Source: Patescibacteria group bacterium
GTDB lineage: Bacteria; Patescibacteriota; Patescibacteriia; UBA10025; JAHIVO01
Assembly (NCBI GenBank): GCA_041666685.1
Contig: JBAYGJ010000001.1
Span: 31,749 to 95,748, forward strand
Length of the DNA stretch: 64,000 nt
Reading direction: 5' to 3'
A program made the translations under genes and the position numbers. Below, in pieces: positions 21,001 to 27,821 of the stretch. The notes under the pieces are model-generated. The model saw nothing but the letters and a program-made list of their open reading frames with translations, made no database searches and was not told where the DNA came from. Position 1 is the stretch's first letter. Every line of letters starts with the position of its first letter.

Positions 21001-22418
21001 CTTGCTGGAACTTCGGACAGGAAATTATCCCCTCCAACAGTGCCATCCTCAGTGCCGTTTTCATTGCCGTCCAGGTGGTTCTTGCAGACATCCATAATAC
21101 CCTTACCTGGATCTTTGTAATCAGGGCTGTTTTGGTCATTGGTGCCGGCAATAAGTTCGACACTGTACTGGTCGCCGGTCGCCATCGGTTCGAAGGGCCT
21201 AGTCGTAAACAGCGTGACACCGCTGGAAACGCTGAACGGAGATCGCAACCGCTGGTCAGTGCCCGCACTCGTATTGCGGAATTTTACTGTAGCCAGACAG
21301 GTCTCGGGAGCCGGACAGTCACCATCGATCAGGCAGGATATTTTGGCCACCGAACAGTAGCCGGCATGGATCGAGGAGGCGCGCATCTTATTTGAAAACC
21401 GTTCCTGGATCGGCGAATTCAGACAAACATTTGTAGCGTTGTCATCCGGATATATTTGCGTGACCGTGGGCGGGTCGGTTAAGTTTGTATTCCCAGTCGT
21501 AAAAGTCCAGATACTGGCCTCCGTATCTCGCAACGGCGGGTCGGTTTCCAGCACCGTCTCATTGATCTCGACACGGTAGGTGGTATTGAATAAATAATTT
21601 GCGGTTGGGTCAAATTCAAGGATAGATGCGTCAGCCGGCGCCAGACTCCATACCCCAGCGACCCTATCGCCGACACATTGGGACGTCCCGGCATCGCAAA
21701 CTCCAGAACTGCATTCATTGTCGTTGGCGCATGGGCCACCAGCACCCTGTCTAGCCTCATGGACATAAACCCCGACATTAGGCTCGACAATAGTTGTCGG
21801 ATCGAAATTACCATTGTATTGTGCCTGGATCATGCTGCAAACCGGAATATTAGATTCATTAAATCCAGGATCAACCCATTTCCGGTGGAAAGTTTCAGTA
21901 TCTTCACCGAGACAACGCATTGGATTATTTGTCGGGTCGTATACAGAAAATGCCGTACCGGCCGCATTACAGTCATAGCAGCCAAGTTCGTCACCGGGGC
22001 CACAAATCGTCACACCGGGACCATTAATTATGTCATTCAACCGGCCGATAATGAAGGTCACGATCGCCCAGGCCAACATGATGATCACCAAACCGATAAC
22101 CGCATCCCGGAGGATGCGTTTGGCTTTCCTGATCTTTTCCTCATTACCCGCTGCGGTCAGCCAGACAAAACCGCCGTACATGATGATGATAACCGCCACG
22201 AGTCCGAGCAGGCCTAGCGCCCACTGGAGAATCTTTATCACCGTAGACTCCAGGTCGGCGGTCCCTAGCCCGAGGGTGCTGCCGACATTCTGGTCGACAG
22301 TAACAGCCAGCGACGGCGAAGATGTGAGCCAGAAAGCAGCCACCAGAAAACCGGCGAACACCACCAAGCCCAACAGGGCTCCCAGAAAAAATGTATTTTT
22401 ATTTGTACGCGCCCTCAT
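12090..22418 (-). CDS. Giant (3442 aa) pilin-anchored Cys-rich multidomain surface protein
   Basis: N-terminal TrbC/VirB2-like pilin (ILQWALGLLGLVAVIIIMYGGFVWLTAAGNEEKIRKAK), Big_5/IPT domains, Cys-rich repeats, NHL-like propeller, Big_7, He_PIG and BNR (SxDxGxTW) repeats. Confidence 0.85.
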   Translation of the reverse strand: MRARTNKNTFFLGALLGLVVFAGFLVAAFWLTSSPSLAVTVDQNVGSTLGLGTADLESTVIKILQWALGLLGLVAVIIIMYGGFVWLTAAGNEEKIRKAKRILRDAVIGLVIIMLAWAIVTFIIGRLNDIINGPGVTICGPGDELGCYDCNAAGTAFSVYDPTNNPMRCLGEDTETFHRKWVDPGFNESNIPVCSMIQAQYNGNFDPTTIVEPNVGVYVHEARQGAGGPCANDNECSSGVCDAGTSQCVGDRVAGVWSLAPADASILEFDPTANYLFNTTYRVEINETVLETDPPLRDTEASIWTFTTGNTNLTDPPTVTQIYPDDNATNVCLNSPIQERFSNKMRASSIHAGYCSVAKISCLIDGDCPAPETCLATVKFRNTSAGTDQRLRSPFSVSSGVTLFTTRPFEPMATGDQYSVELIAGTNDQNSPDYKDPGKGIMDVCKNHLDGNENGTEDGTVGGDNFLSEVPASTNPTFPTEPWNFTADTDSTNTRCIPEIVDIVPSFGRYSTPADPAIQINGTNFGIGGDVAFNNGVLDSGNCFSVANWPSQNCNVSWNGTAIQTRVPGGPVNIGGIIPSNGAKDGGVKVTIDPGVCEGGVNDNRTCTKLNEAADCPGGRCVTDSNASDFDVTSPQIGEVSGLNDQPHGGIGQYVSVIKRNDSNAGFCVDPDDCIAGQVFFRDMSNGDEILAAAPPDPPCDATWTNTSAIVKVPDLSLIATVCDPATAPEGKWSNCPANSQVGVQLVKSDGTRSNIVTFVYTNEAAGPGLCQVQPVCGVQGVGLTLTGETFDPPADRSVNFVLGLDLPVSVVPPLANWTDGQITVTTPDLDNAENPYKVSARNVNGGSNALPFEVPCGGVPKVYETTACSFTCDAASANAGDSCNDPTDCDGGACLPDTIPSPNPYKGTTNVCLNAVFGATFTTLMNHATLDSSTIGLYDCANDSTCTNPVPVDITPPDVNFSASDDAGKTSFRMIPTADLTPDHYYRVTISKEVRSITNVKMVNDYAWTVKTQTGTDACPVSRVLVTPSNRILTTIGATQDYSSVPLGPNCTFMNPASYSWNWVSTVLAIATVASAPPQPPYQATATAVSDVAPGYTYIQADTAGKTGQAKLSVILDYCDVGFDCAKEGQCVGSVCDLTINRCTPVINSISPPPVPGGPRGQTITINGCYFGSYVAGTSKVLFDVANEGLFLCAAPWKDSQIITTIPETVGLGTNSVEVRTAAGLSNIDDSHQNITFDINDTCNNIAVPGLCSITPLVQRIGSPVDFMGFNLTTHDALPVKAEFTQGAGYIDSPDGTASADGTTFSDATLPVNTDPGPARISVGDGTGAYCPSNGINIGIYCDNPGECSSGCCLDHECQADNAACSSGGPGDPCKLDDQEHRDATLCQLGKTVSGTSSYRCIDPDGHLAPDSQGDPLVMSRVYPPPASSPCLTCCTTDVNGDGTNLVQLNKNGLKCTADQGACVSGNRGLYCGCDYEDTATGDAQCDEDGTGTIACGKSTCCYARPQFVSIKPDVVPPDSPLICLNNSFIIKFDQDIDMTSVVVGDSVTLTENLAPVAFTVKKIINGFIVSPTVALHVGTAIDINLRTDIIKSERGITWTNIVDNWRLFEWDVDPLASICQIDHVIWTFVNADTPFYNPPDIFTCTAPTDCSDDLGAVNGNQHIVEAIPYDKNNNPVNSTATFSIGDTSIAQLTPLGDFSRWLTAQNKNGRTTVNASFDPEFFTGTKTSSARVTVNVCEHPWPNPFSVPADTFPYTDTVTNFSISYCRDPGALPSLAPTGDVIVKAGSYQFGNKKNELIREFFFTRADTDDAIGIRVYENESNQSPHDWYYGQFGPAAPQPQDLTVDGYAAVRAGRSVYVAAWNPGNLGRLYPNIYLISYNEGASDETVSIYNRMIENWEFSINITQTEKEQVQRDMRRINDLSSIYEKLMIYRTDNGYFPKLEGGSYVKMLSTSKWPSWQETLGAALGGNLPGDPYDKFIVEDPPTLCGTGYDQNTCWNETLKTYQCPGGSFVYQYLGNATGSRASLLAHLENVHLLVNAEGNWEWYLVADPVVDKCVGMTEAQCPCFNYEYNVTGSAADHVGPVIGDVDLLVENAVTAVSGTRVLNATVTDVGSGVNRVEYYVDGIRTFTDTDSAIWSWDFNTTRFSDGAHTVRVRAFDNADNQTDKEYAVRIDNSGQPDTTNPFVTITSPKDGDTVSNRTISFLPDKAVDTAGIHSLEASNNGYIYYVTYWEDPAHLRRCNSNLDSCVDLGTFDFDALGLSPSSQIAWHVGLDHSNGDLLVTYTPAPVGTRRVLRFDPSMTPLQAPKAVYNLGAVDETGGALPQFGVTHSVGRPDGKIAAIIYFQTVVIFDPVTNTIEHHYDFGSDGVNGIDTDSAGNVYVSKRNTGQVFKLDSNLNLVPGAVFGTGINGNGPNQLNVPDGIHVDGSTVYVTENAGNVISALDTNLSRKIFIFGNNAGPQDLENIVAPEDVAISGNYLYITDSGNRILRVRSSTSYGVQINALATDNRQVDNVTINISNGDSYSCSGNASTTLSCSYSPPWDSTRVANGQYTISAIARDSGGRTGTTSILINVDNLDPTPPQVSFNNIEGRCGEGLCQKEDPADPDVACDYVHTCPDGARCNFDVSCDQSNTAAVCQDSYAPADNLICLRSGTVAVPVVASDNKQVNQVKFYVDGLFKSDGIRRAQGNCSVAPNALCTDNSTCAPGVCAFVWDWNWSTAGLSRGVCASQCQLGGQACISDSDCPQSGDRCVVTNGRGTQCNETSECQLLSPGLTCAGHQVSTYAFDDASNVTTSTIFLPVDVAQDDDQAPTVVFDAPPTPNEGTSVDQSITLRVTATDNYGINRVNFYLDHVLRKTALAGQPTEWVVDTRAISDGWHSFQVDALDARGNRSTSIERNYNVRGPGGPTIENAFMTPETGAVGTVFTFYADISDTDGVDDTSSPPVALVQNPDETDLVPRISIPLGRISGDNISGRYSGTWTSNQETVMWVDIQARDVQMNASELENIPGRPICNANGTCDAPPESNDLCPLECSANVPLIISMLTGIASVGDYYSYQIITSGGTPPITFTAAPLPAGLSFSGSRITGTPTTAGTYNITLTSTDSTGLSDTQTLRLTVNPPYSGPTALFATARNNTTSMAAVVYKSINNAISWVLTTNQPAGQTNLEDIQPVGACLYVSGNAYSPIRGYVWRTCDGGTESWSRSAAFNISISPLAYKSGKVFAAGGGGAVYSTLSAGNTWTLTGSVTDPRIESLIATPSALYAGTSGSATGPAVFRSTDDGVTWTNIGRFAATESAINDMYYNEANSTLYVVTSGALGLVHYTNNNGATWTDRNPSGGANSYLSIARFGTAIFVGSTPNGIVYRSNDNGNTWLSTTIAGKQAVYSLYADGTTLYAGASLPIGIHRYISSWGTTGPIPAIQRIVEAITRGADPCQDANACR

Positions 22419-22448
22419 GTTGTTACGCGTAAATTTTTTATGTAAGTT

Positions 22449-22898
22449 TTAGGAAGTACCCAACGTTTCCTTGACGATCTTGCTGACAGTCTGGCCGTCG
22501 GACCGGCCGGCCACTTTCACCATGACGGCTTTCATGACCTGGCCAAAATTTTTCTCATGCTCGCCGGTAGCGGCCACGATTTCCTGCACGATCTTCCGAA
22601 TCTCATCACTGGCCATCTGCTGAGGCAAATACCCCTCAATAATTTTCAATTCCTTATTTTCTTTATCAGCCAATTCCGGCCGGCCACCCGCGACAAACGC
22701 CACTGACGCTTCCCGGCGTTGTTTCGCCTGTGCTTGGAGGACCTTTACCACATCCGTTTCCGGCAGCTCCTTAACCCGTTTCGCAATGGCCACATTATGG
22801 ATGGCGCTCATCAACATACGAAGCGTGGTCACGCTAAATTCGTCATGCTCGCGCATGGCTTTTTTAACAGCTTCCGAAATGTTCGACTCGGTCGACAT
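22449..22898 (-). CDS. GatB/YqeY domain protein
   Basis: AMREHD..TTLRML, KQRREA..F..GGRPELADKE, YLPQQM, GQVMK. Confidence 0.9.
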   Translation of the reverse strand: MSTESNISEAVKKAMREHDEFSVTTLRMLMSAIHNVAIAKRVKELPETDVVKVLQAQAKQRREASVAFVAGGRPELADKENKELKIIEGYLPQQMASDEIRKIVQEIVAATGEHEKNFGQVMKAVMVKVAGRSDGQTVSKIVKETLGTS

Positions 22899-22910
22899 GT
22901 AAAAAATATA

Positions 22911-23195
22911 TTATCTGACCCGAGCTTGCAGCAGTTTTTTTATGGTACCGCGTTTGTTCGGTCGTTTTGGATCAATAAAATCGTCAAGTTTCCCGATCTT
23001 ACGCAGAAACTCCTTTTTCTCGACGATTAGCTTCCGCCTGGACGCGTCTTCACGCATTTCCAGTTTGGTTTTTTTTGATGTGTAAAAACGGCCGCGTTTA
23101 GCCCGCAACAGGACTCCACTCGCTTGCACTTTTTTCGTGAAACGCCTCAATAAGCTTTCTGGCGACTCACCTTCTTTTCTTCTGACTTCTACCAC
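22911..23195 (-). CDS. rpsU: 30S ribosomal protein S21 (long CPR-type)
   Basis: VRRKEGESPESLLRRFTKKVQASGVL; GGAGGTG SD before the GTG start; rpsU-yqeY synteny. Confidence 0.85.
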   Translation of the reverse strand: MVEVRRKEGESPESLLRRFTKKVQASGVLLRAKRGRFYTSKKTKLEMREDASRRKLIVEKKEFLRKIGKLDDFIDPKRPNKRGTIKKLLQARVR

Positions 23196-23392
23196 GTGAT
23201 TATTTCACCTCCCCAATAATGTTGCCTGCCCAGGCAATTTACTGATTAATAATTTCGGGCGTGTATTAGTATATGATACCTAAATAATATGAAAAAATCT
23301 AGTCCTAATATAACACATAAAACAGCCTTTTGTCAAAATAGGCTTTGTCAGCATTCCACTGATTGCGGCCAAATATCGTTTTAGCGCTAAGG

Positions 23393-23731
23393 TTACGTTA
23401 AACCTGATAATTTCTTGCCACCTAACATATGAATATGTAAGTGAGGGACCACCTGACCTCCGTCAGGCCCACAGTTCACAACCAATTTATATCCATTTTG
23501 TAGACTGTGGATTTTTGCCAGCTCCCTAGCCTGTAACACCATATCGCCTACCAGCTGCTGATGGCGCTTTGCCAACTCATCGACAGACGGAATATGTTCC
23601 TTGGTGATGATGAGCAGATGGACCGGCGCCTGCGGCGAGATGTCCTTGATAACGATAAAACCCTCCGACTCATAGATCAACTCAGTCGGAATATCTTTGC
23701 GGATAATCTTGCAAAAAATACAATCTGGCAT
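23393..23731 (-). CDS. HIT family nucleotide-binding protein (HinT)
   Basis: DCIFCKI, PQAPVHLLII, GGQVVPHLHIH. Confidence 0.95.
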   Translation of the reverse strand: MPDCIFCKIIRKDIPTELIYESEGFIVIKDISPQAPVHLLIITKEHIPSVDELAKRHQQLVGDMVLQARELAKIHSLQNGYKLVVNCGPDGGQVVPHLHIHMLGGKKLSGLT

Positions 23732-23737
23732 AGACGC

Positions 23738-25132
23738 CTATATCGATAATTTGGCCGTCCCCTCGTCTGCCGGTTTTGGCGGCTGTTCGGCCATGTGGAT
23801 ATGGTTATGGTTTGTGGCGACTACATTATTTTTTGACAGGCGTTTTTGAATTTCTGAAATTACTTTTTGGAAGTCCACTGTCTCCTGGATACCGTTTTCC
23901 ATGTCACGAATCAGAATCGTACCGTCAAGCATTTCTTTTTGCCCGAGAATAAGCGCATACTTCACCGCCAGCTTATTTGCCATTTCCATCTGCGGCTTGA
24001 TGCCGTCTTTTGAAAATGTTTCAGCCACGCGCAAACCGGCCCGCCGCAAATCTTCATACAGTCGCAACGCTTTCTTTCTGGCCGCGTCACCGAGTTGGGC
24101 GACAAACACGTCGGGTCCCGCCGGCATACCGACTTTGATATCACGCGCTTTGATCTCATTGATCAGCCGTTCGATCCCGGCAGCAAAACCGATGGCCGCT
24201 GTCGGAGCACCGCCGAGCTGTTTGACCAGGATGTCATACCTACCCCCGCCGCATAAGGCACTGGGGTTGACCGGGCTTTCACCCTCAACCACAGGCCAAA
24301 TTTCAAATGCTGTTCCAGTATAGTAATCCAAGCCGCGTACCAATCGGGAATTGAGGACATACGGAATCTCCAGCCCATCCAGGTGTTCCAATACCTTTAC
24401 GAAATGCGCATGGCAATTTTCGCACAGGTGGTCGACTGTCTGCGGCGCATCCTGGGCCAGGAGCTGGCAATCAGGCACTTTACAATCAAGCAGGCGCAGC
24501 GGATTTTTCTGCAGGCGACGCTTGCAATCCTCGCATAAGGCATTCTTGCGGCTGCGATAATATTCATTCAGGGCTTTTTTATACGACTCGCGGCAGGTCG
24601 GGCAACCAACACTGTTCACCTGAAGCGATACCGACAAACCAATCTCGTTAAAAAAACTGTACGCCAGCATCATCAGCTGGGCATCAATGACGGGATGGCC
24701 GTCCCCCAGCACTTCAAAACCGAACTGATGGAACTGGCGGTAACGGCCAGCCTGGGGCCGGTCGTACCGGAAAAACGGGCCGATATAATACATCTTGACC
24801 GGCTGCGGCCGATTCAGCATCCCGTGCTCAATATACGCCCGGACGACACCGGCCGTGCCCTCCGGCCGGAGCGATACGGAATCATTGCTCTTATCCATGA
24901 AAGAATACATTTCCTTCTCTACTACATCCGTTTCCTGGCCGATCGAGCGGACAAACAACGACGTTTCCTCCAGAACCGGGGTATCAATCCGTGCAAACCC
25001 GTACGTCTGTGCGAGCTGGTCAGTCCGCTGCCGGATAAAATCCCAAAAACGCTGCTCTTCTGGAAGGATATCTTTCATCCCACGCAGGAGCTGAGGTAGC
25101 TTCTTTGGCTTGTCGGACGCTTTTTTATTCAT
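23738..25132 (-). CDS. hisS: Histidyl-tRNA synthetase
   Basis: RGMKD, LRPEGTA, FRYDRPQAGRYRQFHQ, LVRGLDYY, GGGRYD; start set at MNKKASD. Confidence 0.97.
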   Translation of the reverse strand: MNKKASDKPKKLPQLLRGMKDILPEEQRFWDFIRQRTDQLAQTYGFARIDTPVLEETSLFVRSIGQETDVVEKEMYSFMDKSNDSVSLRPEGTAGVVRAYIEHGMLNRPQPVKMYYIGPFFRYDRPQAGRYRQFHQFGFEVLGDGHPVIDAQLMMLAYSFFNEIGLSVSLQVNSVGCPTCRESYKKALNEYYRSRKNALCEDCKRRLQKNPLRLLDCKVPDCQLLAQDAPQTVDHLCENCHAHFVKVLEHLDGLEIPYVLNSRLVRGLDYYTGTAFEIWPVVEGESPVNPSALCGGGRYDILVKQLGGAPTAAIGFAAGIERLINEIKARDIKVGMPAGPDVFVAQLGDAARKKALRLYEDLRRAGLRVAETFSKDGIKPQMEMANKLAVKYALILGQKEMLDGTILIRDMENGIQETVDFQKVISEIQKRLSKNNVVATNHNHIHMAEQPPKPADEGTAKLSI

Positions 25133-25139
25133 AGTATTA

Positions 25140-25799
25140 TTATATAGATAAATTGTATATGGGACTGACGAAATGCTGGAATTCAGAAAACGGATAGACC
25201 CGCAGCCAGGCCCGGCCGACGATATCTTTTCTGGGTAACGGCCCAAAGATGCGGGAATCCAGGCTGACCGGACGGTTGTCGCCCATAACGAAATATTGAC
25301 CATCCGGAATCCGTGTCACTGTTAAATTATTGGTAAGGGTGCCCTCAGCCAAATACGGTTCCGGAAGCACGACGCCATCCGGATATTGCTTATTGATAAT
25401 AGTAATCTCCCCATTAACGGATTTGATCGTTTCGCCCGGCAGTCCAATAATCCGCTTAATAAAAAATTCACTGGTCCGGTTCGGATTGCGCATCACCAGG
25501 ACGTCTCCCCGCTGCGGATCAGTGAATCGGTAGGTGATTTCATCGATGATCAGGTATTCATTATCGTGAAAATTCGGCTCCATCGAGGCGCCGCGGACAT
25601 AAAACGGCTGAAACAAAAAATACCGGACCGGGATGATGATAGCGAGGGCGATCAGGACGATCTTGACCAGTTCAAGAACAAAACTGCGAGGAGAATTGGC
25701 AAATGACGGAGGATTCAGCTTAACATCCCTCTGTTCCTGCTTAACCTCTGCTTTGGCTTTCTTATTGTCGATATCGTAGTCGCTTACCGTCAGTCTCAT
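25140..25799 (-). CDS. lepB: Signal peptidase I (paralog 2)
   Basis: GASMEP (catalytic Ser), IKRIIGLPGE (catalytic Lys), GDNRPVSLDSR. Confidence 0.95.
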   Translation of the reverse strand: MRLTVSDYDIDNKKAKAEVKQEQRDVKLNPPSFANSPRSFVLELVKIVLIALAIIIPVRYFLFQPFYVRGASMEPNFHDNEYLIIDEITYRFTDPQRGDVLVMRNPNRTSEFFIKRIIGLPGETIKSVNGEITIINKQYPDGVVLPEPYLAEGTLTNNLTVTRIPDGQYFVMGDNRPVSLDSRIFGPLPRKDIVGRAWLRVYPFSEFQHFVSPIYNLSI

Positions 25800-25809
25800 A
25801 TATTAGGTT

Positions 25810-26433
25810 TTAGTAGGTTGGTGGGGCAAAATGAGTAAAATCTTCAAACGGCCAGACCCGAAGCCATGCCCGGCCGATAATCTGCTTTTTCGTAATCGTG
25901 CCAAAGATGCGGGAATCCAGGCTAACCGGACGGTTGTCGCCCATGACGTAATACATATTCGGACCGAGCGTAGTTGTCACATTGCCGTTTGTCAGGATTC
26001 CCTCCCCCAAATACGCTTCATTAAGTTCCGTTTCGGCACCACTCGGGGAAACAATGTACACATGCTGATCTTTGACCTCTACGGTTTCATTGGGCAGGCC
26101 AATAATCCGCTTGATCAATGCGTCGCGTTCGCTGGGTATTTTCAGCACCACCACATCTCCACGCTGAGGCTCGGAAAATCGGTACGTAATCTCATCAATC
26201 AACAAATACTGAAAATCGGAAAAATTCGGTTCCATCGACGCGCCCTCCACATAATACGGCTGAAAAAGGAAATAACGGACCGGGATGACGATCACCAACG
26301 CGATTAGAACGATCTTGACCAGCTCAACGACAAACGCCCGTGGTGATGAAGCGAAACCCGGCTCGACAGCCGCCCGCTTCTCACTTGTCGCTTTCTTATT
26401 GCTGATGTCATACTCCCCGACCGATAATCGCAT
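25810..26433 (-). CDS. lepB: Signal peptidase I (paralog 1)
   Basis: GASMEP, IKRIIGLPNE, GDNRPVSLDSR; start set at MRLSVG by homology to the paralog. Confidence 0.95.
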   Translation of the reverse strand: MRLSVGEYDISNKKATSEKRAAVEPGFASSPRAFVVELVKIVLIALVIVIPVRYFLFQPYYVEGASMEPNFSDFQYLLIDEITYRFSEPQRGDVVVLKIPSERDALIKRIIGLPNETVEVKDQHVYIVSPSGAETELNEAYLGEGILTNGNVTTTLGPNMYYVMGDNRPVSLDSRIFGTITKKQIIGRAWLRVWPFEDFTHFAPPTY

Positions 26434-26461
26434 AATGGAAATATCCAATTAGTATATTGAA

Positions 26462-26664
26462 TGGTGGACGATGAAGGAGTTTCCGCCAGATGCGGACCCC
26501 GCCCTACTTTAAAATTTTTATTTATCGTGACGGGGGAACCTTCAACTTTTCGGATGTCCCGCTCTATCCGGAGCATTCGGGCGGTACCCGCATCTTCATG
26601 CCCACCTCGGCTCTTCACGAAGGAAAGCTGGTTGTTTCGTTCGTGGCCTTGGCCCAACTGAGCT
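26462..26664 (-). pseudogene. tRNA-like remnant interrupted by two structured insertions
   Basis: AGCTCAGTTGG[~86 nt]ATAGAGCG...GAAGGTTC[54 nt]AACTCCTTC-ATCGTCC-ACCA; anticodon arm defective. Confidence 0.55.
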
Positions 26665-26674
26665 TCTATTGGTG

Positions 26675-26751
26675 TGGTGGGCGCGATAGGAGTTGAACCT
26701 ATGACCTCGGCAATGTGAATGCCGCGCTCTAACCAACTGAGCTACGCGCCC
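26675..26751 (-). tRNA. tRNA-Val(CAC)
   Basis: GGGCGCG acceptor stem, CGGCA-TTCACAT-TGCCG anticodon arm, GGTTCAACTCC, encoded CCA. Confidence 0.95.
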
Positions 26752-26763
26752 AAGGTTTATTAA

Positions 26764-26816
26764 AACCAACTGCCTGCCCGCCGAAGTGTACCCGCGAAGG
26801 CGGGAGCTACTTGTCC
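26764..26816 (-). pseudogene. tRNA 5' fragment interrupted by a 32-bp palindromic repeat
   Basis: GGACAAGTAGCT[CCCGCCTTCGCGGGTACACTTCGGCGGGCAGG]CAGTTGGTT. Confidence 0.5.
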
Positions 26817-26938
26817 TTATCCAGAGATGTTATTTGAAAAAAACCCAATGAATAGGCACATCATACCACAATTTAACACCCAAATCAAGTGGCAGGCCGG
26901 AGTAGCTAATATATCAAAAAAACCACTAGGCTATTACT

Positions 26939-27646
26939 TTATTTAAACCGCAGTTTAAACACCCGCCATAAGCTTTCCCACATAATACGGATACTGAACT
27001 TTGACGCCCCTCCTCGCCGTTCCATAAAAGTTATAGGGATCTCGACAATCCTGAATTTATGACGATAGGACCGGTATTTCAGCTCGACCAGAATCACATA
27101 CCCGATTGCCGCCAGTTGACTAAGACCGATTTGGCCAATAACCTCTTTTCGGAAACAGATATACCCGGTGGTCAAATCTCTGATGGGAACGCCCAGCACT
27201 GTCCGCACATACCAATTCCCCAAAGCGCTAATAAACCTGCGCGACCAGTTCCAATTGACAATTTTCCCTCCCGGCACATAGCGCGAGCCGATGACAACAT
27301 CAGCCGACTGCGCCTTTTGAATAAACTGAGGGATTAATTTTGGGTCATGAGAAAAATCAGCGTCCATGCAAAAAACCAGGTCCGCACCCAGTATGTCGAG
27401 TGCATGATGGAACCCCTGGACATACGCCCGGCCGAGTCCCTCCTTCTGTTGGCGATGCAGGACTTTGACCCGGCCATCCTTCCGTGCCAACTCGTCGGCT
27501 AACCACCCCGTGCCATCAGGAGAATTATCATCGACAACCAATACCTGCAGATCATCTACGGCCAACGCAAAAATTTCATGGACAATGCCTGGCAGGTTTT
27601 CCCGCTCATTGAACGTGGGCAATATAATGACGATTTTTTGACTCAT
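26939..27646 (-). CDS. GT2 polyprenol-monophosphomannose synthase-like glycosyltransferase
   Basis: ILPTFNERENL, VVDDNSPDGT, GLGRAY, MDADFSHDP, IGSRYVPGG. Confidence 0.92.
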   Translation of the reverse strand: MSQKIVIILPTFNERENLPGIVHEIFALAVDDLQVLVVDDNSPDGTGWLADELARKDGRVKVLHRQQKEGLGRAYVQGFHHALDILGADLVFCMDADFSHDPKLIPQFIQKAQSADVVIGSRYVPGGKIVNWNWSRRFISALGNWYVRTVLGVPIRDLTTGYICFRKEVIGQIGLSQLAAIGYVILVELKYRSYRHKFRIVEIPITFMERRGGASKFSIRIMWESLWRVFKLRFK

Positions 27647-27821
27647 GTGTATAAAATAAACATATCCCAAACCTTCAATTCGTAGCCGACAACGCCGAAG
27701 ATAGTTCATACTACCACGGTTTTTGACTTAATGCACGACTTTTATTATAATTTGTCCAGTCACTCGGTCCTGAACCCGACATTTTTATAAACGTCTCCTG
27801 ACCAAAAGAACCCCCTCTCCC

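Noticed and set aside
12523-22452. Many plus-strand ORFs antisense to the giant gene, and similar shadow ORFs throughout the window
   Set aside because: They are codon-bias shadows of well-supported genes and show no recognisable motifs
25133-25303. N-terminal extensions in the ORF track (hisS; likewise pth, pilM, dprA, tdh, GT2)
   Set aside because: They overlap neighbouring genes or promoters; downstream ATGs match the family N-termini
26462-26664. tmRNA or group I intron-containing tRNA
   Set aside because: No GGGG 5' tmRNA end or tag reading frame seen; the inserts (54-86 nt) are too short for group I introns
26304-26696. ORFs 26304-26657, 26461-26661 and 26490-26696
   Set aside because: They overlap tRNA or tRNA-like sequence and lepB, and show no protein features
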